Shown here: piece by piece, positions 13,002 through 24,829 of the stretch | Layout: the number at the start of each line of letters is the position of its first letter | Position numbering within the stretch: position 1 is the stretch's first letter | From: Selaginella moellendorffii | Lineage: Eukaryota > Plantae > Lycopodiophyta | Direction: 5' to 3' | Assembly (NCBI RefSeq): GCF_000143415.4 | Contig: NW_003314410.1 | Coordinates: 170,115-234,114, forward strand | Length of the DNA stretch: 64,000 bases | Position numbers and translations under genes: made by a program | The notes under the pieces: model-generated | Told to the model about the DNA's origin: nothing | The model's database searches: none | What the model saw: only the letters and a program-made list of their open reading frames with translations

Positions 13002-13226
13002 TCAGATAGAGTTCGCAAGGGACCTCAACGCAGAGAAGGCGTGATCCGTCTCTCGGATCACGCCATAGACCAGCTCCGTGACCAGTCCCTCGATCATCCC
13101 TGTGATCATGCTGTTGATGGGTCCCTCGATCAGCCCGGTGAAACTAGTTTTGATCACCACCGCCGCCAGCGTCGATACAAGCAGGGACTTGGCCAAGAAC
13201 TCCGCGCAGCCCCAGCCCCAGCCCAT
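13002..13226 (-). CDS. Short copy C of the orphan repeat gene
   Basis: MGWGWGCAEFLAKSLLVSTLAAVVIK..IEGPINSMITGMIEGLVTELVYGVIRET is homologous to copy A with fewer repeats. Confidence 0.4.
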   Translation of the reverse strand: MGWGWGCAEFLAKSLLVSTLAAVVIKTSFTGLIEGPINSMITGMIEGLVTELVYGVIRETDHAFSALRSLANSI

Positions 13227-13382
13227 CGCTCCTTTTAAGAAAAAAACTAGGGTTGCAACCATAGAATTCAATCGCCACCCTTGTGAACGTAAATCGCCAG
13301 TCGCCCGGGCAAACATAGTCGATTAGTTCTAAAGCACGAGGGGCTCGTGGGCGAGGTCTTGAACTGACTTCGAGTGCTCGAC

Positions 13383-14928
13383 ATGGTAGCGTCCATAAGC
13401 TCGGTAAGGTCAGTGTCCGTGTCGACTGTAGTTCCCCAGATCCCGACCCGGCAGCCCTGCGTTCTCGCGCTCTCCAACTTCCAGAGCTACTTTTCGTTTG
13501 AGCGCTACATCAAACAAGTGTTCTACTTCTCCGCCCCGGGATCTTCAGCTCTCAAGCAGCACGATGACCAGGAAGAAGAAGAAGAAGATCAAGAACAGAA
13601 GAGCCCTCGGATCGATAACCACGACGAAGAGGAGTTCCAGCGCCTGGTTTGCAGCATGAGAGAGTCTCTGTCGCGGTTGCTCGTTCCATACTACCCTCTG
13701 GCGGGGAGAATGCGGCGGCGAGAGCGGCTAACAACGATCCAGGAGCTCCACTGCAACGACGCGGGCGTCATGGTGGTGGCCGCGATGGCTAACACAGCCT
13801 TGGGCGACGCCCGGCAGTGCCCCATCGAGCACGAGCTCTACCCGGAACCCAGGGTCAGGGATCCCGCCAACGCGCCGCTGCTAAAAATCCAGGCAAGTAG
13901 CTCCGTTGACTCTGTTGACTAAAAGAGTGTTGACTGGCTGTAAGCGTTGACTGGCATTGTGTGTTCACAGGTGACAAAGTTCCAGTGTGGCGGGATTGCT
14001 GTGGGAGTGCTCACCTGCGAGAACATCCTCGACGCCTCCTCCTCCTTCCCGTTCCTCCGGGCGTGGGGGGAGATCCACCGGGGCCTCGCACTGGCGGTGG
14101 CTCCATCGTTTGATTCCAGCGTGCTCAAGCCCCGCGATCCTCCGCAGGTCAATCTCCCCGTCCGCGACTACGTCGTCGCCCCACCGCCAGCAAGCACGGT
14201 GGAAGCCATGGCCAAATCCTCCCACGACGCCATCCCCGACCGCCAGAGGCTCTTCCACATCGCCCCCGATCGAGTCCGCGAGCTCGTTGCCGAGGTCCAG
14301 CGCGGGAGATTCTTCTCCTCTCGTGACGCCCCGCCGCCGAGCTCGTTCGAGGCCATCTCCGCCATGATCTGGAAGTGCGTCGCGGATGTCAAAGACCTGG
14401 ACGATTCGGAGAGCATGACTTACATCTACGCGCTCTCCACCAAAGGACCCAAGCGCTGGAGCCCCGAGATCCCGAGCCACTACTGCGGCAGCTCCGCTCA
14501 CATCCCGTGCCTGGCTGCTCCCGTGGGCGAGATACGCAAGAACCACATCTCCCACGCCGCCAAGCTCCTCCGCGACGATATCCAGTCCGCCACCCAGGAG
14601 CGCATCCAGTCCGCCATCGACTGGATGGAGCTCCACCTCCGGGCCGGGGATCTTCGTGGACGACAACTTCCCGCTGCCAAGGTGGTCGGGGAGAGCGATC
14701 AACAGCAACAGCCTCACGGCATTCCCGATCTACGAGCTCGACTTTGGATGGGGGAGGCCGCGACACTTCTCCTTCGTCTTGGATGCCGAGCCGGGCAGTG
14801 GAGCCGCCATTCTTCTTCCTACTCGAGATGGCGGACGAGACCGGCATCTGGCGATTCGGCTGCCCGAGAAGCAGATGAAGAAGTTACTCGAGCACCAGTT
14901 CTTCCTCAAGTTCGCCACCCCGGTGTAG
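13383..14928 (+). pseudogene. BAHD acyltransferase-like gene (exons 13383-13892, 13971-14928) with a +1 frameshift at ~14646-14649 and HxxxD changed to ExxxD
   Basis: YYPLAGR, KIQ|VTKFQCGG, ENILD at the HxxxD position, DFGWG in the shifted frame. Removing one G from the GGGG run joins the frames (…RAGIFVDDNF…). Could be a sequencing error. Confidence 0.8.
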
Positions 14929-15064
14929 CAAACAAGTTGTTTTCTCTTTTTTTTTTTGTTGTAATCCGGCCTGCCAACAGCAACAAAGAAGAGCCACAGT
15001 AATTTACATTCTCCACTCTACCAGTTATTCCCTCGCTCTGGTAGATTTCTCTTGCGCTCAATGC

Positions 15065-17480
15065 TCACTCCTCTTCGATCTCTTCAATCTGAGCTCTTCT
15101 TCTGGCAGCGGCCCTCTTGCGGACAAATATTCCCCACCGCAACGCGGCCTTGAGCTTGAGCCACCCGACTTTGCTGCCTTTCTTCTCCGGCGACGACGGC
15201 ACGCTCTCCACCGGGAAGTAGTCTTGCAAGTTCATGTTTGGCATGCTGCTGGCCTGATCGTTTGTGGCCACGTTGAACATGCGCAGCAGCTGCTGCATCT
15301 GCAAGTTCATGTCCTCGCTCTCCAGGAGCTCGAGGCTCTTTGCACGGATCTCTTCCTCCGAGTAGAACTCGTCGTTTTGAGTCGTCTGCCTGTGGAGCCA
15401 CTCGGCTGTGGCCGTGGGTGCCTGCTGCAGATAGCTGGGATTGGGATTTACTTGTGGCGAGTAAGCCAGTCCTGAGCCAGAAGGCATTGATTGTTGGAGA
15501 GACAGGCCGGTGCTCATCGCGTTTTGATTCCTCTGCTGTTGATGTTGTTGTTGTTGCTGCTGCTGCTGCTGCTGTTGGTGCTGCTGTTGTTGGGAGGAGT
15601 AGCTCTCCACAGGGCTGGAGACTGGAGCGTAGCTTGGCTGACTACCCCCTGCTTTAAATGACAGATTCAAGGCTGCGTCAGTGAAAACACTTGAAAAGCT
15701 AGCTCCTAAGCGTACCATTTGTCAACGCTGTCCCTCTTGGAACAAGGCCGAACTCCTGACTGCCGGGAAACCCCTGCTGCTGCTGCAACGTACTGCTTCC
15801 GCGGTTTCCTTTGGCTGGCTCTTCCGTATGTGCGTCGATGCCACGGAGAGAATGCGGCATAGAACCAATCAGTGCCTCACCATCGTACTCGACCACACTC
15901 TCCCAGTTCTCGTATGCCACCTTTACTAACTTGTCGACGTATACCTGGATTAATAGAGCCGCCAGCGTGTTACTAGACAACTAAATTAAATTAACGTGTT
16001 ACCTTTTCGGCATCGGACAGGGAGTCCACAGAAAGATACTGCCCACCGGCCATAAGTCCCATTAGCTGAAAGATGTTGTTGAAAATGACACCGATATTTT
16101 GCTTCTCGTCGGCATAATAGACATACAGCTTTCCGCTGAGGACGCACGTTTTAGCATGCTCCACTGTTCCTTCCCACATCTTATTTGACATGCCACTTCC
16201 AAGAATCTGCGCCAGACCAACTACATGAGCTGAAAGAAAGAGAGAGAAAGAGAGAGAAAAAAACTCATTACTTACGTTTCGTAGTTTCTGCGGGTCCATC
16301 ACCACCAGACGCAGAAAGTCCTCCACAGAAAATATTCCAGCTTTGTTGAGCCTCTTGTGGAATGCCCCGTCCTTTCCAATCTTGTCAAGCCTCCACACAT
16401 CATCGCCCAAAGCGGGAGGATAGTGTTTTTTGTAAACTGCGCAAATATATAAACAGGTAAGCAAGAAAATCTGCGAGGAGTGGGGACTTCTTACGTTCTC
16501 CACGGTGGTCTTTGACGGAAAAAGAATCGGTCTTGCCCTCTCGGATGCGCGGTCCTTCGAAAGAACCAGGAGAGACGCGTACACCGAGCCTGAACTTCCT
16601 GCTCCTGATCCAGCTAGAGTTGTCAGTGAAAGTAAGCTCTCCAAGTGTACCTACGCCTTCTTTGAGTGTGACACTCAAATCTCCTGTAAGAAGGGGCCGC
16701 TTCCCTTCACGTTCTCGGACAACGTATGTGTCAAAATCTTCCATACTCCAGTCTTCTTCGTCGTCAGCCGAGAAGTCCCCTTCCAGCACAACAATATCAA
16801 GTTTTGCTCCTGCTTCAGCGCCAGTAGTTACAACCTGCCCTGTGTTGGCATCCTGTAGGACGACGTGAATCGCAGAGCCTTGCTCCCCTTCGACTTTACT
16901 GCCAGTGAAAAGCGGCAGCGCTAGCTTGTTTCGAAACTGCAGGCGCAACGCTCTAGTATCGGCACCCTGGATGCGTTTCGGCGATGATTTGTAGCTGAAA
17001 CGAAGAGAGAGAAAGATTTAATCGCAAGATATAATTACAGAAAAAAGAAGAAAATGAGACTTACGTTAGTCCACCTTTCATAGAAGGTGCTAGCTTCGCC
17101 AAAGCACGCTCGACCTCTTCTCCCACCTGTGCGATCGAAAAGTGAGACCTTTGAAGAAAAAAGAAGGAAAAAAACAATTTTTACTCACAACTCGACGAAG
17201 GAGAGGTTCCAAGGTTGAGCACAATTTCTGGAGACTGTCCATCTTAAGAGCCTCAACAATGACGCTGAATTTACCATCAAAAAAATCCACCATCAGTGGT
17301 CTTCCAAAGAAAAAATTTACACAAATCAAAACGACAATTTTAAGCTAGGAGTGAAGAACCATGTCCGAGAGACCCTAGAACAAAGAGAATGGAAGCTCAC
17401 CTCGCAAGCGCTGGCCGCTGTCGCTTCTCATTAGGCAATCCATCGCGCGCCGAATCCAAAGGCCGCTTCTCCCTCGACAT
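15065..17480 (-). CDS. CBP60: Calmodulin-binding protein 60 (CBP60b-like), multi-exon
   Basis: [76 protein letters not shown], and C-terminal CaM-binding [14 protein letters not shown]. Confidence 0.95.
15533..15591 (-). repeat. CAG/CAA microsatellite encoding poly-Q in CBP60
   Basis: [20 protein letters not shown]. Confidence 0.95.
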
Positions 17481-18042
17481 CGCAGCCTGAAAACCCCCAA
17501 AAACCTCCTAGATTCCGAGCTTCCCCGCAATGCCGCAGCTAACCTGGGATCCGTGACAGTGGCGGCCGCCCTACCTCTTCCACACAGCGGCAGTGGACTG
17601 CGATCCACCCCCTGTTCATCCAGGATCCCGGGAGGAGGCGCCGCCGATTCGATTGGTGGCGCTGCCAATCCAAAGGAAACGAAGGCGCCGAAGATCCAAA
17701 GCGCGTGCAAAAGAAGAGTATCAGGGATGCTGCTACTTACACACTGGGGACGTTCTTCGTTCCTACCCGGAAGCAAGGAGACTGGACGGCTGGGATGCGA
17801 CCACGTGGTTTAATACCGGCCGCCAGATGCTACATTTTTTCACGCGGTATGGCGACGCGGGTGGCGCACGTGCGTACGGAAAGCGTGGTCTTTCCCGACG
17901 TCCTCCGTACGGCGACATGGTTTGATCGTCACCCTTGGTTGACCGGGGAAAAAAAACATGTATTAAACAAACCCTAAAACTCAGAGGTCTCGAGTTCGAT
18001 TCCAACAGAAACGTTAACCCTAAAATTGCATGGACAAAACAA

Positions 18043-18116
18043 TTCCATTGCCGGGATTTGAACCCGGGTCGCCTGGGTGAAAGCCAGGTATCCTGACCGG
18101 ACTAGACGACAATGGA
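18043..18116 (-). tRNA. tRNA-Glu(UUC)
   Basis: Reverse complement TCCATTGTCGTCTAGTCCGGTCAGGATACCTGGCTTTCACCCAGGCGACCCGGGTTCAAATCCCGGCAATGGAA: paired acceptor stem, TTC anticodon loop, T-arm GGTTCAAATCC. Confidence 0.93.
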
Positions 18117-18299
18117 TTTATGAAATATTGCCCAGTTTATTTCATTCCACGGGCTCTTGGAACTTTGAAAAAAAATTTCTTGCTTGTTAAGAAAGGAATC
18201 GCGAATGAGAAGACTTGAGAGAGCGTACCTGGTATTTTATGATGCATTCGGAGAGATGGAGCTTTCCAGTCCAATCTGATCGAAAGAAAGAGAATGCTT

Positions 18300-19227
18300 T
18301 CAAGGCACGATGGAAACAAAATAGAATACACTGACTTGGTGGTTTTGCTCTTGTTTTCGCTGGACCACGGCGATCTCACGACATCGTCCAGTTCCAACAC
18401 ACATGTCGCATTCGTCGGCTCGTCCCTCGGCACGGCTCACGCAGTATTTCATTCGGTCCTCCAAAACATCCTGTCACAAGCATTGATTCAATCGCTAGGA
18501 GTATCAGTACCAAGGGCCAAGGAAAGAAAAGAAAGAAAAGAGCTTGCTTTTGGAAGCTTACCACCATGAGTTCGTGAAGGCCAATGGGAGCAGTCACGAG
18601 ATATCGAATTCCGGGATGCTTTGCGGACGCCGCTGCTGCTAGTGCTGGAATGTCCTGTTGATCGTGAGAGAATGGACCTTTTTCCACCAAAAAGTGTTTC
18701 TTACTTTGTTCCAGTGTCTTCCTGGGAAGAGAAAGTATGGACTTACGATGACCCTCTGCGCTCCTAGCTCCACGCAGCGATCAAACGCATCCTCGATCGA
18801 TGGAGCTGCAAGTTCCTGCAAGAACAAAGAAATGTTCCCCCTCAGTAGCTAGACAAGAAAAATCATACCATGTGAGCAGCTTGCACGATCTCATGCCCGG
18901 TCTTCCTCTTGTACATATTCACAAACTCCTCTACAATGCGCTCGCGAAATTTCCATAAAAGCGCGGCAAAGAGATGAAGAGCGCCTTACCCAGCATCGAA
19001 TTCGATTCCGCCCGGCGCGAGCCATGATCCACAATCACGATCCCATCCCTCGATCCTCCAGACCCCGCCATTTGCTGCACCGCAGCTCCCGCAAAACCCT
19101 GATTCCCTCCTTCGCCCCCAGCGCGCACAATCACCTTCCCCCTCAATCCCTGCCCGAAATGCCGCGGGAGACGATCGTCGCCGCGCCGGATCAGCTGCCT
19201 CGCCGCTCCCAGCGAGCTCACATCCAT
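18300..19227 (-). CDS. SIRB: Sirohydrochlorin ferrochelatase (CbiX/SirB family), plastid; multi-exon; 3' end approximate
   Basis: IVIVDHGSRRAESN, HM|ELAAPSI, SPYFLFPGRHW, TAPIGLH, and the C-terminal Cys motif YC..ECDMCVGTGRC. Confidence 0.92.
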
Positions 19228-20278
19228 AATCTTTCGCACCCTCGTATGCCCTAGCCTGCCACGTCGGCAGCTTAAGTGGCGCCACATATACCTCCAGCTG
19301 GCATACCGGAAGGCTGGCGTGTCTCTACCAAAGATGGTAAATTCCAAATCTACCCCTTTTGGAATGTTAAGAAAGGCAAAGTGAAAAGCGATTATTACCA
19401 ACCATGTATGGACTTTAGTGGTTGTTTTGTGGCCGCTCCTTTAAGCCAATGCAACCTAAGGTGGGCTGGGTAACTGAGCCTGTGTGACTACTTATGACCA
19501 AGGACTTTTGACCGGAATTCCATCCAAATGGTGGTGGTGTAGAAGAATAACGAAGAAAAAAATCGAGTTTGCGTATGACGCATGCAAAGGAAAGAGATTG
19601 AGAGGCAAAGAAAAGAAAGGTAAAGAAAGTGAGCAGCGCATTCAAGCTCTTTCAAGTTGGTTGGGAAGGAAGGTAGGGAGGGCTTTGCATTCACTGTCCT
19701 CTCCTGGAGAAGCGAGCGAAGAGCAGCGATCCTCGAGAGCGCGAGAGCGAGCGATCGATTGACTAGGAAGAGTCTTGGTTTTCTTTTTAAGCGCGACTAT
19801 TTGCAATCACTGATCCCTGATAGCGATGGAGGAGCTGCGAGGTTGAAGAGCGAGCGAGCAGCGCGGGCCGGGGTGTCAATTTCGTGGTTGGCTCGCCAAA
19901 TTTCTTCCCACATAAATCCGCGGGTCGGTTTCGTCGATTCGGGTGGATCGTGTGGCAACATCAGGGGGAGTGCGCGGTTTGTCTGGAATTGGGGTAGATT
20001 TTGGAAAGGATTGATCACCAAGAACGAGGGAAAGAACTCGATGAGGGCAAAGAGGGCGTTAAGAGTAAGAGACACACCGAGGCTGTAGCGATCATGAGCG
20101 TTTTGGCGAGCAAGAAAGCGTTTTGGCGTGGGGAATTCGCGAAATTGGGCATGGTGGTCGTGTGATATGATCGAGGAGCAGCTGCCCAAGAAGAGATCTG
20201 AGCTTCTTTGCATGTGATTCCAAGCAGGAAAACGCAAAGAAGAGGGGTGAATCCTTTTCTTTCTCTTCCTTCTTCCCG

Positions 20279-23167
20279 ATGGTGGGAAGAAGGCGAATGC
20301 AGCTCAAGCCAAGCTCCGCAGCGATGGAGGCGAGCGAGAGGCGTGTGGAAAACTCCCTGCCATCGCCGAGGTCTCCCTCTTCCCGTCCCTCGCGAATTGT
20401 CGTCGGCGTCAAGCTACGCTCCGAGTGCCGTGAGATGCTCACGTGGATCGTTGCGAAGCTCGCTCAACCCGGGGACCAGATCGTTGCTGTTCACGTCGTT
20501 CGAGCCTTCCCCGACACAGGTACGATGATCTTCTAATTCGCTCCTCCCTTTCTTTTCTCTTGTTTGTTCTTGTATGGTAGACCTCTGTTTAGATCGTTCT
20601 GTGTCATTTTCCTCATTAAAAGAGCGATTTTTTTCGGTTCTTCTAACAGATGATATCCTGGATTCATCGATCAAGCAGCGACTCGACAGCACATTCGAGT
20701 CCGTGCTGGGAGTTTATCAAAGCATTTGTAACCTCAAACAGGTATGACGATAGCATTGAGCTCGCAACGAGAAACACAAAATGTGAGGTTTTTTGTTGAC
20801 TTAGGTCCGCTTGGATATCAAAGTGGTGTCTGGAGCTTCGCTGCAAAAGGCTTTGGTCGAGTCTGCCAAGCTTGAGAAAGCATCCGTTTTGATCCTCGGG
20901 AAGTCCAGCAAAGGGTATGCTATGATGTTCGATCTTGGTGGAATGTTTCTTAGTTTTTCCTTTCTTTGCACAGATGCTCCGAGTCGCTAGTGAAGTACTG
21001 CACCAAGAGGCTGCCTTCCAGCTGCTTGATGATCATTGTGGATCATGGCCAAGTGTTGCTTGGAAAGGAAGGCTTGCTAAGTGCTCCAGGTAAAACTTTA
21101 TTTCCTAGCTAGCTATGGCCAAAAAGTTCTTTAGCCAGAGTGACTATAATCGATTTTGTAGCGAAGAAAGAGGGGCCGGCTACTGTGCACACCATCAAAC
21201 CCTATGGACAATCCAAGAGTGAGTTCTCCATCTCTTTCAAGTCGAAGTTCTTCTTCTTAAAAACTTTTGGTTTTTTTCTTGCTCCAAGGTGACATATCTC
21301 TTCATTGCCAAGAACACCAACACGCAGGTTGGCCTCTCATGAACCGTAGTCTCTCTTTGGAAAAATCTCTGGAAAAAGTCACACCTTCACGAAGTATTTC
21401 TGTAGTAAAATGGGCTCTCCAGCTGCCGGACAGGCTCAAGGAGGCCTTCGACAAGCAGGGTGGAAACATGGTTCGAATGCTCGCGTCCTCAGCAATGCCC
21501 GACCAGCTTCGACACGAGAGCTCTCTCCCTCGCTTGAAAGGCTCGCCACACGCAAAGCATCGCGGCAGCCCTGTGAAGGAAGTAAACACATTGAGCAGCA
21601 GCGAGGATAATAATCCCCGGAGCCTGGCCGCATCAATCCAACCTTCCGGCCAAGTCTCGTTTTCACAAAAGATCAGTCGCGTCTGCAAGGACAAAGCTTG
21701 CGCTTGCTTCACGTTTGAGGAGCTCCAAGAGGCTACGTCAAGCTTTTCTCCGAGTAAGCTCATCACATTTTGGTGGTTTCAGCTGACAATCAACTGTCGA
21801 TCTTTCCAGATAACTTGGTCGGGAAAGGAGGCTGCAGCAAAGTTTACCGAGGAACTCTTTCTGGTGGCCATGTCGTGGCTGTGAAGTGCTTGAATCAGGG
21901 AGCAACCGAGGCGGACGAGGAGCTTCTCACCGAAGTGGAAATCCTCAGCACGCTCAATCATCCCAATATTGTGGGATTGATCGGCTACTGCGTCGAGGGA
22001 GACACCCACATTCTCGTCTACGACTTTGCCGCGGAAGGAAACCTGGAAGAAAATCTCCATGGTAAGCTAAAGTTGAGATTTTGGGTGTGCTCTAGGAACT
22101 TTGGATGGATCTCATTTCTCTTTTTTTTTTTGTTTTAGTTGGCAAAGACAAACCATCGCTAAGCTGGTCACAGAGACATAAGATTGCTGTTGGTGCGGCG
22201 GAAGCGTTTGTTTACCTCCACGACACTTGTGCCAGGCCCGTTGTCCACAGGGATGTGAAGTCTTCAAACATCCTCCTCAGGAAAAACTGCAAGCCACAGG
22301 TACTGAAAGGATTCGTGCTGGAGAGATTTTGTTTGATTTGCTTGGATAGATTTCGGACTTTGGACTGGCTAAATGGGCTCCGACCTCGACGACGCACATA
22401 ACTTGTAGCGATGTTGTTGGAACTCTCGGGTATGGAGGAGAACCAACACTAAAGTTCCTGATTTTCTTGGCTTGTTTTGTAGCTATCTTGCTCCCGAGTA
22501 CTTCATGTTTGGGAGAGTGAGCGACAAGACGGACGTTTACTCGTTTGGCGTGGTTTTGCTCGAGCTCGTCACGGGACGGCCACCGATCGATATGTCCAAG
22601 CCCAAAGGCGACGAAAACTTGGTCGCTTGGGTAAGCAAAAACACCACTTCTATATTCTTTCTTCTTCTTCGATCATTCCAAATCCAAATTTTCAGGCAAG
22701 ACCACATCTCGATTGTGGAGGCATCGAGAAACTGGTTGATCCGCGACTGGAAGGAAACTTTGACGAGAACCAGCTGAGGAACATGGTTGTGGCGGCAACG
22801 TTTTGCTTGAGACAGTCACCACAGTACAGGCCTCGGATGGCGCGGGTAAAGTTTCCTTCTTTTCTTCTTCCTCGGTCATCTTGATTCAAGGCTTGGATCG
22901 TCGCAGGTGCTGAGATTGCTGTGTGGAGAAGATAGCAGCATTCCTTCGGGGCGATACGACTTCACGGACGAGTACCTGGGCGAATTCAAGGACCAGAGCA
23001 ACGAGGTGAGGAAGCATCTGGCGCTGGCGATGATGGGCGTGGACGACGACGTCGCGTCGCAATCGAGTGCGGAGCAAAACAGCATCGATTTGATCCACAG
23101 CGAGGACCCCAATGAGTACCTGGGCGGCCGCTCCAGCAGCTTCGACAAACCCGCGAAAGATCAATAA
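20279..23167 (+). CDS. Receptor-like cytoplasmic Ser/Thr kinase with N-terminal USP-like domain (RLCK-VI type), multi-exon
   Basis: [19 protein letters not shown] (USP); [49 protein letters not shown]. Confidence 0.9.
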
Positions 23168-23299
23168 GATCTCGAGCAAAATGATAGATGCATATACGGG
23201 GGATACAAGTTTTGTAAAAGAATGCCAGCCCCTACAAAAGATAGCGTGGATTCTTCATTTCATACTTTTCTTCTTGGAAATATTCATCAATATTCAAAA

Positions 23300-23485
23300 T
23301 GACCAGATTGAGGCTTTTGAAAATATCAAGTTTTTCGTGTTTGGGCGGGTTGGTTTCTGGTAGAGTTTATCACGGATCTGCTTAGTTCCTGGCTCTGTGT
23401 TATTTGGTTATGAGAGTCGGGTAGCTTTTTGTGAGCTTTGCTAGTAGTCGAAACTCTTTTGCTTGCTCTGCATCTTAACAGGAAG
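23300..23485 (+). pseudogene. Decayed 3' remnant of the aminotransferase (last exons), downstream of MTPSL copy 1
   Basis: agagtttatcacggatct..tagttcctggctc..ttggttatgaga..gtagctttttg..atcttaacag aligns by eye with 45130-45320. Confidence 0.75.
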
Positions 23486-23516
23486 CTTTATGTTTTATTT
23501 TTCATGGCCTTTTCAT

Positions 23517-24623
23517 TCAGACTTGCAGATGGGGATGAGTTGGTTTGTACTCGGGGAGTATGATAGTCTGCGTATCATGAAACAACCAAGTCCCACTGAA
23601 TGGCTCTCCTGTTAGAAATGGATTATCAACACCGTGGTACCGAGCTGTGAGGTAGTGCCAACGTAGATTTCCAGGGATGAATGCCGGAATCGCCCTAAGG
23701 TACGCCAGAAAGTCGTGGTTGCCAGATTCCATCGCTTTCCTCGTCAGGATCTCGAGGTAATACATGAATTCTTGTTCTTTTTCCTGAATCATGGCGTTCG
23801 CCTTATCGACTGCCTGCTGAACAGAGCGAACTGTGTGGTCCGTGAAGAGCAAGAGAAAAATTATGTTCTTGAAAGTTTTCTTCCTCAGCTCCTTTGGGAA
23901 TGAAAAGATGTCGTTCACCAGCCACATATGATCAAACATGGCATCTATCGCCCGCAGGTACTCCTCGCTTTCGAGATCCTTGTCTCTCAGCTCGACTCCC
24001 AGGCACATCTGCGTGAAGTTAAGCATCGGCTTGACAATGAAGTCCTCCCGGCGATGCACAGCGTAAGACTCTTTCGTGAACTCCTCTTCGTCGACTTTGG
24101 CCGAGTAGCAGCCAACAAATTTCCTGTACGAGACGAGCAGCCGCTGGAAGAGGAGCGGCGACATGAGCTTCCGCAGATCTGGGACGAGCTCGGCTTGGGC
24201 GACGAGCACGGGCTTGTTGGGAACTTGGGCGATGGATCTTTGACCGGAGGCAAGGCTCATGTAAGCTTCCAGGATCTCGTCCCGCTGCGAAGGCTCCTCG
24301 TCGACAGCATCGTCGAGAATGGTGATGAGCCAGGTGTACTTGGCGGCCGCTAGAGCGTGCCTGGAGTCGCCCCAAGGCACAACGAAGGTGCCGTAGAGTG
24401 GCGTCCTCCACTGGGTGAAGCATTTCTTCTCTGCAGCGGCATTGGTGGCATTGATCTTGAGGAAGCGAAAGGCCCAATCGTTCGCCTGTCTGGAGACGGA
24501 GGCGTAGTCTGGGTGGCACTGCAATGGTAGCGAGCAGCGGATTTGAGGCAAGTAGATGCTCTTGCAGGCGAGGAGCTGCTCCAGAATTTGGAGACGATAG
24601 ATAGAAGGCGCGGCCATTATCAT
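23517..24623 (-). CDS. MTPSL: Microbial terpene synthase-like protein (MTPSL), copy 1, intronless, intact
   Basis: 368-aa single-domain class I synthase: DDAVD (DDxxD), sensor Arg in HRRED, NDIFSFPKE (NSE/DTE), ARYH. The true start may be Met3 (24617). Confidence 0.93.
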   Translation of the reverse strand: MIMAAPSIYRLQILEQLLACKSIYLPQIRCSLPLQCHPDYASVSRQANDWAFRFLKINATNAAAEKKCFTQWRTPLYGTFVVPWGDSRHALAAAKYTWLITILDDAVDEEPSQRDEILEAYMSLASGQRSIAQVPNKPVLVAQAELVPDLRKLMSPLLFQRLLVSYRKFVGCYSAKVDEEEFTKESYAVHRREDFIVKPMLNFTQMCLGVELRDKDLESEEYLRAIDAMFDHMWLVNDIFSFPKELRKKTFKNIIFLLLFTDHTVRSVQQAVDKANAMIQEKEQEFMYYLEILTRKAMESGNHDFLAYLRAIPAFIPGNLRWHYLTARYHGVDNPFLTGEPFSGTWLFHDTQTIILPEYKPTHPHLQV

Positions 24624-24797
24624 TCACTCTGGAGAACCTCTATTGAGGCCATCTCTTAAACTATTGAGGTGTGAACAGCGAGATAAGAGCCCATTAGGAT
24701 GAGGATGAATAGCTGTTAGTATGCTGTTTCGGCCTGGCGTGTTATTCGCAAACCGATGTAGCGTGAAAAAGTCCGTACTGCACAATATTGCGTCCGC

Positions 24798-24803
24798 CAC
24801 GTG
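24798..24803. promoter_or_regulatory. G-box (CACGTG) ~180 bp upstream of MTPSL copy 1; same at 32667-32672 for copy 2
   Basis: gcCACGTGg in both copies; function untested. Confidence 0.35.
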
Positions 24804-24829
24804 GTGACATTCATTCGGCCACCATAGTT

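Noticed and set aside
19400-20270. Several 65-146 aa ORFs between SIRB and the RLCK
   Set aside because: No motifs; the composition fits promoter, 5' UTR or intron sequence.
23517-24623. MTPSL as bacterial contamination or a new horizontal transfer
   Set aside because: Embedded among intron-containing plant genes and plant LTRs; the MTPSL family in Selaginella is already known, so the family itself is not novel.
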